From Candidatus Hermodarchaeota archaeon (GTDB taxonomy: Archaea > Asgardarchaeota > Hermodarchaeia > Hermodarchaeales > Hermodarchaeaceae): a stretch of DNA of 21,116 bases. Shown here one piece after another: positions 8,257-16,589 of the stretch (position 1 is its first letter; each line of letters starts with the position of its first letter). Made by a program: the position numbers and the translations under genes. The notes under the pieces are model-generated. The model was not told the DNA's origin. It ran no database searches and saw only the letters and a list, made by a program, of their open reading frames with translations. The stretch is from NCBI GenBank assembly GCA_016839365.1, contig JAEOUH010000064.1:1-21116 (forward strand). The letters run 5' to 3'.

Positions 8257-10608
8257 CTAGCCTCCAATACTCGCTTTGATATTTGCAACCGCCTCTCGAG
8301 CAAAGGCAGCAAACTCTTTTGCATCTCGTCCGATTAACTGTACAACTTGAACTTTGTTTGGATTCATACCTGATTGGGTGAGGAGATTTTGGACTACGTG
8401 AGCCCGGCTGTTGGCCATTCGAGCTCCACGTCCATAATGACAGAGTTTTGAATCACACGCAAAAAGAATCACACCATCAGCACCAGCTTCAAGTGTCTGA
8501 AGAAGTGTAGGTGTCGAAATACTGCCTGTACATGGAACTTCAAGAATGTGCAGATCAGCAGGATATTGAAGGCGTTCCTCACCTGCTTCATCAATAGCTC
8601 GATAAACACATTCGTTACAAGCGAATCCGACGATTATGTTCTCAGTTCCTTCAATACTATTACTTAATAAACCCTGGAGCGCGGAATCAATAACTGTGGG
8701 ATTCGTATTAAGCGGTCCGATAGCCGCTACGGGACAAATAGCCATGCATTCGCCACATGCTTGGCAACGAACTTCATCTACAACAACACAATCTCCTGTA
8801 ATGTCCAAGGTTACCGCTTGAGAAGGACAGGCCGGAATGCACAGCCCACATCCATTACAGAGATCCTTATTTACAACGGCAATATCCAAATCCTTGGTCA
8901 TCGATTGTGTAGCCAGCCATACGGATGCCTGTTCTGCTGCAGCACCCGCGAGCTCAACCGATTCCGGAATATCCTTGGGGCCATGACACGTGCCTGCAAG
9001 ATAAACACCATTAACATCGGTTCTCGCTAATGCAACTTTTTCATCTAAGGCTTTGAAGAACCCGAGTGAACCTAAGGGCACACCAAACATCTCGGCAAGC
9101 TCTTTGGTTCCTGGCGAAGGAGTCATTGCACAAGAGAGTACAACTAAATCAGTTTCAATGGATTTCATTACACCGTCTGAATCAGAGTATTTTACTATAG
9201 GTTTATCATTGACACGACTAATTTCGACAGTATCACCACGGTAAACGACTTTGATATTATATTCATCACAAGCTCGCACATAGAATTCATCAAACCCCTT
9301 TCCACCAGCCCGGATATCCCGCGCCACAATGGTGATATCGATATTCGGGTCATATTCAAGTTTTGCCAGTTCAGCATGCTTAATCGCAGCCATACAGCAA
9401 TAAGCTGAACATTGCCAGCTAAACCGCTCATCGCGACTCCCCACACATTGTATCATCACAATATTCTGAGGCTTCCGACCATCAGAGGGCACCTCTAATT
9501 TCCCACCAAAGGGTCCAACGGAGTCCATCATTCGAATAAACTGCATTTGCGTAATAACGTCCTGATTCTCCTCATAATGTAACTCGGGAACCACGGACGG
9601 ATCAAATTCCTTGAATCCCGTGGCGAAAACCACGCTGCCCACCCGCACTTGAACCATCTCATCCTTCATCTCATAATCAATAGCATTCGCCGGACAGATT
9701 TTTTCACAAACACCGCATTTATCGGTGGTCAGCTTCTTACAATGTTCAGCATCAATTGTAACCTTCCTCGGCACACTCTGAGAAAACGGCATATAGATGG
9801 CTTTCCGCTTCGCAATTCCCCACGACCAATCATCGTCAACTTTGGTTGGGCATTTCTCGATACACTGCATACATCCTGTGCATCTATCCCAATTCACATA
9901 GGTCGCTTTCTTGTTCAGCATCAGCAACCAATCCTTCCCAGTATGTTCAGCAGCCACTAAATCCGTATACGGATACAATCCAATATTCGGATGTGTTGCC
10001 GCTTCCGCCATCTTCGGACCTAAAATACAAATCGAACAATCTAAAGTGGGATATGTTTTGTTAAGGACAGCCATGTGTCCGCCGATGGTAGGTTCTTTAT
10101 CGACGAGGTGGACTTTGATGCCCCGGTCGGCTAGGTCAAGAGCAGCCTGGATGCCTGCGACGCCTGCACCAAGCACGAGGACTTCTTGGGTGATGGGGAA
10201 GGTTTTGGTAACGATTGGGCTTTGAGCACCGATTCGGAATACTGCGGCCCGGATAAGACGTTTGGCTTTAGCCGTGGCTCCTTTGGGGTCGTTTTGGTGG
10301 ACCCAAGCGCAGTGTTCGCGAATATTGGCAAATGTGATTTGACCACGGCTCATACCTGCTTCTTTTGCGGCTTGGAAAAAGCGGGGTCCAAAAAATTGAG
10401 GACTGCAGGCTGCAATAACAAGCCGATCTAGTTTCTTTTTGGAGATAGTCTGCGTGAGGGCTTGGAGGGGTTCGTGTTGACACCAATCACCGCGGGCTTC
10501 GACGTGTTTCACCTGGGGGAGGGTTTCAGTGAAGGTGGTGAGGGCTTCGTAGTCGAGGGTGCTGCTAGTGGTGTCGCCGCAGTTACAGAGGAGGACGCCG
10601 ATTTTCAT
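8257..10608 (-). CDS. hdrA: HdrA-like flavoprotein fused to a C-terminal MvhD domain (copy 1)
   Basis: KIGVLLCNCG, LGAGVAG, KTYPTLDCSIC, IQCVGSRD...CSAYCC and ferredoxin motifs. The last ~125 aa (FACNECVY...VPCTG...GADGV...C...CHY) form an MvhD domain. Confidence 0.94.
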   Translation of the reverse strand: MKIGVLLCNCGDTTSSTLDYEALTTFTETLPQVKHVEARGDWCQHEPLQALTQTISKKKLDRLVIAACSPQFFGPRFFQAAKEAGMSRGQITFANIREHCAWVHQNDPKGATAKAKRLIRAAVFRIGAQSPIVTKTFPITQEVLVLGAGVAGIQAALDLADRGIKVHLVDKEPTIGGHMAVLNKTYPTLDCSICILGPKMAEAATHPNIGLYPYTDLVAAEHTGKDWLLMLNKKATYVNWDRCTGCMQCIEKCPTKVDDDWSWGIAKRKAIYMPFSQSVPRKVTIDAEHCKKLTTDKCGVCEKICPANAIDYEMKDEMVQVRVGSVVFATGFKEFDPSVVPELHYEENQDVITQMQFIRMMDSVGPFGGKLEVPSDGRKPQNIVMIQCVGSRDERFSWQCSAYCCMAAIKHAELAKLEYDPNIDITIVARDIRAGGKGFDEFYVRACDEYNIKVVYRGDTVEISRVNDKPIVKYSDSDGVMKSIETDLVVLSCAMTPSPGTKELAEMFGVPLGSLGFFKALDEKVALARTDVNGVYLAGTCHGPKDIPESVELAGAAAEQASVWLATQSMTKDLDIAVVNKDLCNGCGLCIPACPSQAVTLDITGDCVVVDEVRCQACGECMAICPVAAIGPLNTNPTVIDSALQGLLSNSIEGTENIIVGFACNECVYRAIDEAGEERLQYPADLHILEVPCTGSISTPTLLQTLEAGADGVILFACDSKLCHYGRGARMANSRAHVVQNLLTQSGMNPNKVQVVQLIGRDAKEFAAFAREAVANIKASIGG

Positions 10609-10657
10609 CGTGTGGCACCTAGGCTAGGAGGAGTAGGATAGCGGTTATTGAAGCCAC

Positions 10658-10665
10658 ATATATAT
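10658..10665. promoter_or_regulatory. ATATATAT, candidate TATA box in the divergent hdrA / MBL intergenic region
   Basis: Symmetric TA run about 50 nt from both start codons (10608 and 10717). Confidence 0.4.
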
Positions 10666-10716
10666 TCATCACTCATACGATAGTTTCTTCATGCACTACC
10701 ACGTTGAGGTGGGTAT

Positions 10717-11523
10717 ATGATTGAGATTGAGCGATTCGGTGACGAGGTTACTTGTGTTAAGACGGCGTCTCCAATGGGTGACCGGGCTATCATGTGGGTG
10801 TATGCCTATCAGCTTGGTGATGTGGTCTTTGATGCGGGGTGTGGGAACGCAATTGATGAGCTGCGAGCCTACGCAAAAGCCCATTCTGTGAAGAGGGTGT
10901 ACGTCACGCACGATCATGAGGATCATATTGGTGGATGTACCGCGTTTGTGCCGGAAGCAGAAGTGTTTGCTGGACCTGTAACGCTGGAATCGGTTCATAA
11001 GCCTTATCCGTTGCCTGAGTTTTTCCAGTTTGTCTGGGGGAATCTTACGCCTGTTCCTCAAGCGAAGGTGCTTGATATTTCCTCAATTGTCGTGGGTGAT
11101 GCGACCTTTGAGGTGGTGGATTTGTCAGGGCATAGTCGGGAAATGTTCGGTTTTTGGGACCCAGAGCAACGGTGGTTGTTCTCTTCGGATGCGGTACCCC
11201 TCCCGTCTCAGAAGCAGATGTCGATGTATGATGAGAATATTCCGAAGATGATTCAGCGGATGCAAGAAATCCAAGATATGAATGTGGCGGTTCTGTTTGA
11301 TGGGCATAGGGGCCCGATAGTGGACCCCCACGACCATATTGAAACCCGGATTCGATTTCTTGCTGATCTGGGTGTTCAGGTGCGGGAGTTGGCAGCCGAA
11401 GGGAAATCGATTCCCGAGATAAAAGATATACTTAAGTTTCCTGAGCCTTGGTACCTTCCAAACACTGAGGAACGCTTTGGGATTGACCATCTGATTCGCT
11501 CACTGATTGAAGACCAGGTCTGA
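10717..11523 (+). CDS. MBL-fold metallo-hydrolase
   Basis: DAG, THDHEDHIGG (HxHxDH), SGHS, FSSD and GHRG motifs; GAGGTG SD. Confidence 0.92.
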   Translation: MIEIERFGDEVTCVKTASPMGDRAIMWVYAYQLGDVVFDAGCGNAIDELRAYAKAHSVKRVYVTHDHEDHIGGCTAFVPEAEVFAGPVTLESVHKPYPLPEFFQFVWGNLTPVPQAKVLDISSIVVGDATFEVVDLSGHSREMFGFWDPEQRWLFSSDAVPLPSQKQMSMYDENIPKMIQRMQEIQDMNVAVLFDGHRGPIVDPHDHIETRIRFLADLGVQVRELAAEGKSIPEIKDILKFPEPWYLPNTEERFGIDHLIRSLIEDQV

Positions 11524-11568
11524 TGTATTGTAAAATCTACAATGAAGTTGGTTTTTGAGAGAACGGAT

Positions 11569-11582
11569 GAAAAGATTTTATA
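11569..11582 (+). promoter_or_regulatory. Putative BRE + TATA for the histidine kinase operon
   Basis: GAAAAGA followed by TTTTATA upstream of 11684. Confidence 0.45.
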
Positions 11583-11683
11583 CCGTTTAATGAGCGGGAT
11601 TGAATGCGGGGTTTGAAGCCAGACAAGTACTTTTTCCTGGCATACTCAGCTTACCTGCTCCCTTATGACACGAGGAATCACCC

Positions 11684-13162
11684 ATGTCGCCACCAAATGA
11701 GACTCAGAAGAATCAAGACCGATTTAATCGTCTTGTTGATGCGACTGGGGCTTTGGTGGTAGGAGTAGATACGCTGGGTTGTATAACTCTCTTTAACAAG
11801 CGCTGCCAAGAGGTTACAGGATATTCTACAGAGGAAGTCCTTGGAAAGAACATCGTTGAACTATTCATTCCTGTGGATGAACGGCCTAATCTGATTGATC
11901 GGTTCCAGAATCTGGTGCAAGGAAAATTACCAGCATACTCACCAGAAGTCCATTGGATCACCAAATCAGGTGAACAGCGCCTTGTGCGATGGAATAACAC
12001 TTTCATTACCGATGAGGCAGGAGAAGTCGTGGAAATTTTTGGAATTGGAATCGATATCACTGATTGGAAAGAGACACAGCACGCTTTAGAAGAATCAGAA
12101 GCAAAGTATCGCAGCCTCTTTGATAGTGTTCCTGTGGGGCTGTACAGGACCACTCCAGAAGGACAGATTCATGATGTCAATCCAGCTTTAGTCGAAATGC
12201 TTGGCTTTGAGTCAAAAGCAGAGTTACTGAAACACAAAGCTTCCGAATTCTATGTCCATGCTGAGGCGCGGAAACAATTTGAAGCACATATTAAAGAGGA
12301 GGAAGTTGTCCGAGGTTTCGAAGCTCAGTTTCAACGTCGAGATGGGGAGATCATTTGGATTGAACTAAACACCCGAGCGATTCGCGATGCAAATGGGGAT
12401 ATCTACTGCTATGAGGGAAGTCTGGAAGACATCACTAAACGAAAGGAAGCTGAGATCAAACTGTTAGCAGCTCATCAACGGTCTGAATTCCTCGTCGACC
12501 TTATGGCCCATGACTTGAACAACATTAACCAAGGTATCATGATGACCTTGGAGCTCATCGAAAGCGATGAACAGCTTCCAAAACATCTTCGTGAAGGATT
12601 GGAGGCTTCACTCAATCAAGTGGAACGTAGCGCCGAATTAATAGCAAATGTTAAACGTTTCCAATCCTTGGAAACTGAACCCCGCAGATTATCAACACGC
12701 GATCTTTCTCCTTCATTTCATGCTGCAGTCCGTGCCGTCGAAAGGGCATTTCCGAATAAACAGATATTCTTGTCTACAAACATCCAAGACCAAACCTATT
12801 GGGTCTACAGCGATGGATTCCTCACGGAACTATTCTTCAACATCCTTCATAATGCTGCTAAGATGGATCGCAATCCAATGGTCAAAATCGAAGTGCAAGC
12901 CAGCAAAAATACTACGAACGATTTTGTGAAAGTCGAAGTGCAGGACCAAGGGCCAGGTGTACCTGATTCGGAGAAGAATCGGATTTTCAACCGGTATCTT
13001 AACGGAGCCGAAGGAGTGCGTGGGTCGGGAATAGGATTAACATTGGTCCAGCGGATCCTCCAACGTTATGGCGGTCAGATTTGGGTTGAAGATCGGGTTG
13101 CTGGTGACCACACACAAGGGGCAAACTTTGTTGTGCTCTTACCGAGGGGGGAACGAGAATGA
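11684..13162 (+). CDS. Cytoplasmic PAS-PAS sensor histidine kinase
   Basis: Two PAS/PAC domains ending in DITDWK and DITKRK; H-box MAHDLNN; N-box NILHNAAK; DQGPG; GSGIGL; no TM segment. Confidence 0.95.
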   Translation: MSPPNETQKNQDRFNRLVDATGALVVGVDTLGCITLFNKRCQEVTGYSTEEVLGKNIVELFIPVDERPNLIDRFQNLVQGKLPAYSPEVHWITKSGEQRLVRWNNTFITDEAGEVVEIFGIGIDITDWKETQHALEESEAKYRSLFDSVPVGLYRTTPEGQIHDVNPALVEMLGFESKAELLKHKASEFYVHAEARKQFEAHIKEEEVVRGFEAQFQRRDGEIIWIELNTRAIRDANGDIYCYEGSLEDITKRKEAEIKLLAAHQRSEFLVDLMAHDLNNINQGIMMTLELIESDEQLPKHLREGLEASLNQVERSAELIANVKRFQSLETEPRRLSTRDLSPSFHAAVRAVERAFPNKQIFLSTNIQDQTYWVYSDGFLTELFFNILHNAAKMDRNPMVKIEVQASKNTTNDFVKVEVQDQGPGVPDSEKNRIFNRYLNGAEGVRGSGIGLTLVQRILQRYGGQIWVEDRVAGDHTQGANFVVLLPRGERE

Positions 13163-13524
13163 TTTCCATTTTTATCGTTGATGACGATGAGAACCTCCAT
13201 CGGGTGTATCGATCCTTCTTCTCGATGAAAGGATTCAACGTGGTTGGCAGCGCCTTTGATGGCGACGAAGCCGTGAAACTATTTGGAGCCCTCAACCCTC
13301 GACCAGACGTGTTACTGATGGACTACCGGATGCCCATCAAAGACGGCGTAACTGCCACCAAAGAAATCCGAGTCATTGACCCCGCAAGCAAGATCATCTT
13401 TTTAAGTGCTGACGAAACCGCACGGGAACAGGCGCTGGAAGCAGGAGCCATCTCATTTCTGATAAAGCCCGTACGGTTTGCCCACCTCCTCCAAACTATC
13501 AATCAAGTTTTGGACAACCACTAA
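13159..13524 (+). CDS. Stand-alone response regulator receiver (CheY-like)
   Basis: IVDDD, LMDYRMPIKDG, FLSA, IKP motifs; no output domain; ATGA overlap with the kinase. Confidence 0.95.
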   Translation: MISIFIVDDDENLHRVYRSFFSMKGFNVVGSAFDGDEAVKLFGALNPRPDVLLMDYRMPIKDGVTATKEIRVIDPASKIIFLSADETAREQALEAGAISFLIKPVRFAHLLQTINQVLDNH

Positions 13525-13554
13525 GCATTTTTGTACTCAGGCATTTTCCGAAAG

Positions 13555-13571
13555 AGGGGAAATCGTATATA
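13555..13571 (+). promoter_or_regulatory. Putative promoter of metVF
   Basis: Purine-rich run followed by TATATA (13566-13571), about 65 nt upstream of metV. Confidence 0.45.
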
Positions 13572-13636
13572 CCCTAACCCTATACGATTAGCCTACCTTC
13601 CAATCATTTGTGTCGATTCAAGTTTGGTGAATCAAC

Positions 13637-14293
13637 GTGATCATTCCAAAACAGATGCCCGTCGAGAAGATCTTGAAAACCATCGAAGGCGTTGAAAATC
13701 TCCTCATCGTTGGTTGTGATGGTTGTTCAGGAATTTATCAGGTGGGCGGCGAAAAGCAGGCCGAAATGCTGGCAAAGCTCATTAAGATGCATCGTCAACT
13801 TAACAACGTACCAGGTGAAGTGCGTCACACCCTTGTGCTGCGACAATGTGATCGTCAACTCGTCGCAACAACCCTACGCCCCCAAATAGAAGGGATTGAG
13901 GCCATGATTTCTCTCGCTTGTGGCGTTGGCCCCCAGACTCTCATTGATGTATTCCCCGAAATGAAAGTATTCACCGCGGTTGACACCTATGGCATGGGGG
14001 GAAAAGACCGCGAACTCGGCCACTTCTTCGAGTACTGTAGTGGCTGCGGGGATTGCCTCCTGAATGAAACTGGAGGCATTTGTCCCATGACCCGTTGCCC
14101 CAAAGCCCTGGTCAATGGTCCATGTGGCGGAATGCTGGAAGGGAAATGTGAAGTCGGGGACTACAAGAATGATTGCGCATGGTATCTGATCTACGAACGT
14201 TTGAAACAATTGGGCCGACTAGATTTGTATAAGAAGTACCGTGAGCCCCGCGACTGGCGTGTTGCCCAATCGCCCCGGAAACTGGAAATCTAA
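13637..14293 (+). CDS. metV: Methylenetetrahydrofolate reductase Fe-S/Zn subunit MetV
   Basis: VGCDGC, RQCD, ACGVG, CSGCGDC, GICPMTRCPKALVNGPCGG, KCEV, CAWYLIY; directly upstream of metF; GGTGA SD before the GTG start. Confidence 0.92.
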   Translation: MIIPKQMPVEKILKTIEGVENLLIVGCDGCSGIYQVGGEKQAEMLAKLIKMHRQLNNVPGEVRHTLVLRQCDRQLVATTLRPQIEGIEAMISLACGVGPQTLIDVFPEMKVFTAVDTYGMGGKDRELGHFFEYCSGCGDCLLNETGGICPMTRCPKALVNGPCGGMLEGKCEVGDYKNDCAWYLIYERLKQLGRLDLYKKYREPRDWRVAQSPRKLEI

Positions 14294-14309
14294 GAGACGG
14301 TGAAAACCT

Positions 14310-15239
14310 ATGGCAAAACGTGAAGCATACAGTAAACTCATGGAAGAAATCAATGCAGGGAAATTCGTGTACACCGGTGAACTTGAACCCGAAAAAATCG
14401 GCGACATGGAAGAAGTCATTGAAGGCGCCAAGAAACTGGTCGGCCATGTTGTCGCCGCCAACGTGACTGATATCCCCCAAAGTTTCGCCTACATGAACTC
14501 ACTAGGGCCCTCATATATGATCCAAGAAAAAGCTGGACTGGAAGCTGTCTGCCAAATGACCTGCCGTGACCGGAACCGACTAGCAATGTTTGCTGACCTG
14601 CTTGCCGCTGGTGCGCTGGGCATTGTTAACATCTTGGCATTAACTGGTGACCATCCTAGCCTAGGTGATCAACCCGAGGCTAAGCCTGTCTTTGACCTCG
14701 ATTCCGCCAGCCTCACAGCCTTGATTCGCAAAATTACTGATGAGGGGGTTGACCTCAATGGACATGAAATTCACAACCCTCCGAAATTCCATGTGGGCGT
14801 TGCCATCAACCCTGGCGCCGTCCCCCTCGACCCCGAGATATTAAAGCTCGAACGAAAGGAAGCCGTCGGTGCAGAATTTGCCCAGACCCAAGTCGTCTTT
14901 GAGATTGAAAAAGCCAAGGAGTTCATGAACGCAATCAAGCATGTCAAAGTTCCTACCCTTGTCGGCATCTTTCCTCTAAAATCGTTTAAAATTGCTGATT
15001 GGATGGAAAAATTCGTTCCCGGTGTTAAGATTCCGGAGCCGATGATGACTCGGCTTAGAGAGCTTAATGGCATCGAGGATAAAGGGATGCGGAAGGAGAA
15101 GATAGCGGAGTATAACGTGGAGTATTATGGTGAGTTTCTCCGTGAGCTGAGAAAAACAACGAACGCTGCGGGTTGTCATATCATGGCGGTGAAGTGGGAA
15201 GAACTCATCCCGCTTATTATTAAAGCATCAGGAAGTTAG
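14310..15239 (+). CDS. metF: Methylenetetrahydrofolate reductase MetF (MetVF type)
   Basis: TGELEP, NVTD, QMTCRDRNR, ALTGDHP, AQTQ, GCHIM; GGTGA SD. Confidence 0.95.
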   Translation: MAKREAYSKLMEEINAGKFVYTGELEPEKIGDMEEVIEGAKKLVGHVVAANVTDIPQSFAYMNSLGPSYMIQEKAGLEAVCQMTCRDRNRLAMFADLLAAGALGIVNILALTGDHPSLGDQPEAKPVFDLDSASLTALIRKITDEGVDLNGHEIHNPPKFHVGVAINPGAVPLDPEILKLERKEAVGAEFAQTQVVFEIEKAKEFMNAIKHVKVPTLVGIFPLKSFKIADWMEKFVPGVKIPEPMMTRLRELNGIEDKGMRKEKIAEYNVEYYGEFLRELRKTTNAAGCHIMAVKWEELIPLIIKASGS

Positions 15240-15357
15240 GTTGAGTCATCATCTATGAGTGCGTGGATTCTAGTTTGGTTTTGACGGTAGTTTGGAAGCT
15301 AAAAACTGATTATGAACGAGAGTATCAATTATTGATCTCCATCTTTGGTGAGGCCTG

Positions 15358-16497
15358 TTAGAGTTCGTGTGCTTGGTTGAACCGCGTAACGACCTGTTGG
15401 AGATTCTTGAGGTTAGCGAGGACCATTTCCTCACCGTATTTCCAGGTCCATGGACCAAGTCCACATTCAGGACCCGCAAAGGGTAATCGGTCACTGCCAT
15501 AGCGGGTGACAACAGCTTCAAGATAATGCAGCATTTCTTCTTGTGGTTGGAGGTAGGCTAGGAAGTTCCCTGACTGGATTTCGTCCCAGGCTTTTCGTAG
15601 ATTAGCGTCTGATGAGAATGTCGGTCCGTCGGTTCGCATGACGGCGGCGCGAATGTATTTGTCGTGCTCCACGAGCCAAGATTTTGAAACAATGACGCTG
15701 TGGTGGGCTTCAAGCAGGTTCCAATTTGCATGAGCGAGTTGGTGGTAGGGAGAAGAATGGAGGTGTAGGCCACGGTAATAAGTAGATGGAATGGTTGAGA
15801 GTATTGTATTCCAGGTGGCGATGAGGTGATTGAGTCTAGCATCTGTGGCTGTATCCATGAAGAGATCACCGATGCCAGCGACGCCGATGGAGGGTTCATC
15901 CAGTGTGATGATGAGGGGCTTGAGGTGTTTGGTTTCGATTTGGGCGTTCTTCATGAAAGCATAAACGATGGTGGCGAAGGATTCGATGAGTGGTTCATCG
16001 TAGCGGGGACCAACGCCCATATCCCGCCAGATCCGGCTGGCCATTTCAAAGGGTCCAGTGATACAGGCTCGGTATTGAATGTAATCAATCTCGCATTCTT
16101 GGCAGATGGTTTTTGCCCCGTGTTTAAGCGCTAAGAGTTCGGCTACTTGAGCCTTTTCTGATGGTACCTGGATACGGGTTCCGTCCCAGAGATACCTGTC
16201 TGCTTGTTTTTGGAGGCCACTGCCATGATGGACGATTGGGTCAAGAAACTGGCTGAGCATATCCCGTTTGAAGCTGCTTTGCACATAGCAAGGCGTGCTG
16301 TTCGGTGGTCCCAGCGCTCTCATCTTACGTGTGAAGGCGGCATTGTGCTGTAGGGTGAAATACCTTGACGCTTCTGATTGTTGATCATCCTCAAGATCAG
16401 CAGCGCCTTGGGTGTATCGGGGCAAATCGATGGTGACGAGTGGAAAGCTTCCGACATCAGTTGTACGGATGACATTGGGAGAAATGGTATCCACCAC
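15358..16497 (-). CDS. Divergent single-domain ('core') cobalamin-independent methionine synthase-like protein, MetE catalytic domain / UROD-MetE superfamily
   Basis: TTDVGSFP, CITGPFE, TLDEPSIG and GPECGLG motifs of the MetE C-terminal barrel; HLH stands where HxC is usual; no N-terminal folate-binding half. Confidence 0.75.
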   Translation of the reverse strand: MVDTISPNVIRTTDVGSFPLVTIDLPRYTQGAADLEDDQQSEASRYFTLQHNAAFTRKMRALGPPNSTPCYVQSSFKRDMLSQFLDPIVHHGSGLQKQADRYLWDGTRIQVPSEKAQVAELLALKHGAKTICQECEIDYIQYRACITGPFEMASRIWRDMGVGPRYDEPLIESFATIVYAFMKNAQIETKHLKPLIITLDEPSIGVAGIGDLFMDTATDARLNHLIATWNTILSTIPSTYYRGLHLHSSPYHQLAHANWNLLEAHHSVIVSKSWLVEHDKYIRAAVMRTDGPTFSSDANLRKAWDEIQSGNFLAYLQPQEEMLHYLEAVVTRYGSDRLPFAGPECGLGPWTWKYGEEMVLANLKNLQQVVTRFNQAHEL

Positions 16498-16589
16498 GCT
16501 AACACAAGACCTAATTGCTAGTTGTCTTTACAAGTTGAATTGTACGCAAGAATTTGGGGTTGGAGCCTAAAGGGCTTTTCCACACTGGG

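Noticed and set aside
8253-8324. N-terminal extension of hdrA copy 2 in the ORF track
   Set aside because: It overlaps the upstream gene; HdrA similarity and a GGAGG SD point to the ATG at 8252.
3546-10608. Selenocysteine forms of HdrA, MvhD or MvhA (known in some methanogens and Lokiarchaeia)
   Set aside because: All five frames are uninterrupted and the relevant positions are Cys codons; there is no in-frame TGA and no split VhuU.
13572-13636. SAM or THF riboswitch ahead of metVF
   Set aside because: The leader is too short and shows no recognisable conserved elements.
15318-15339. ATCAAT-T-ATTGAT inverted repeat between the convergent metF and metE-like genes as a terminator
   Set aside because: Weak AT-rich stem with a 1-nt loop and no clear U-tract; not enough to call.
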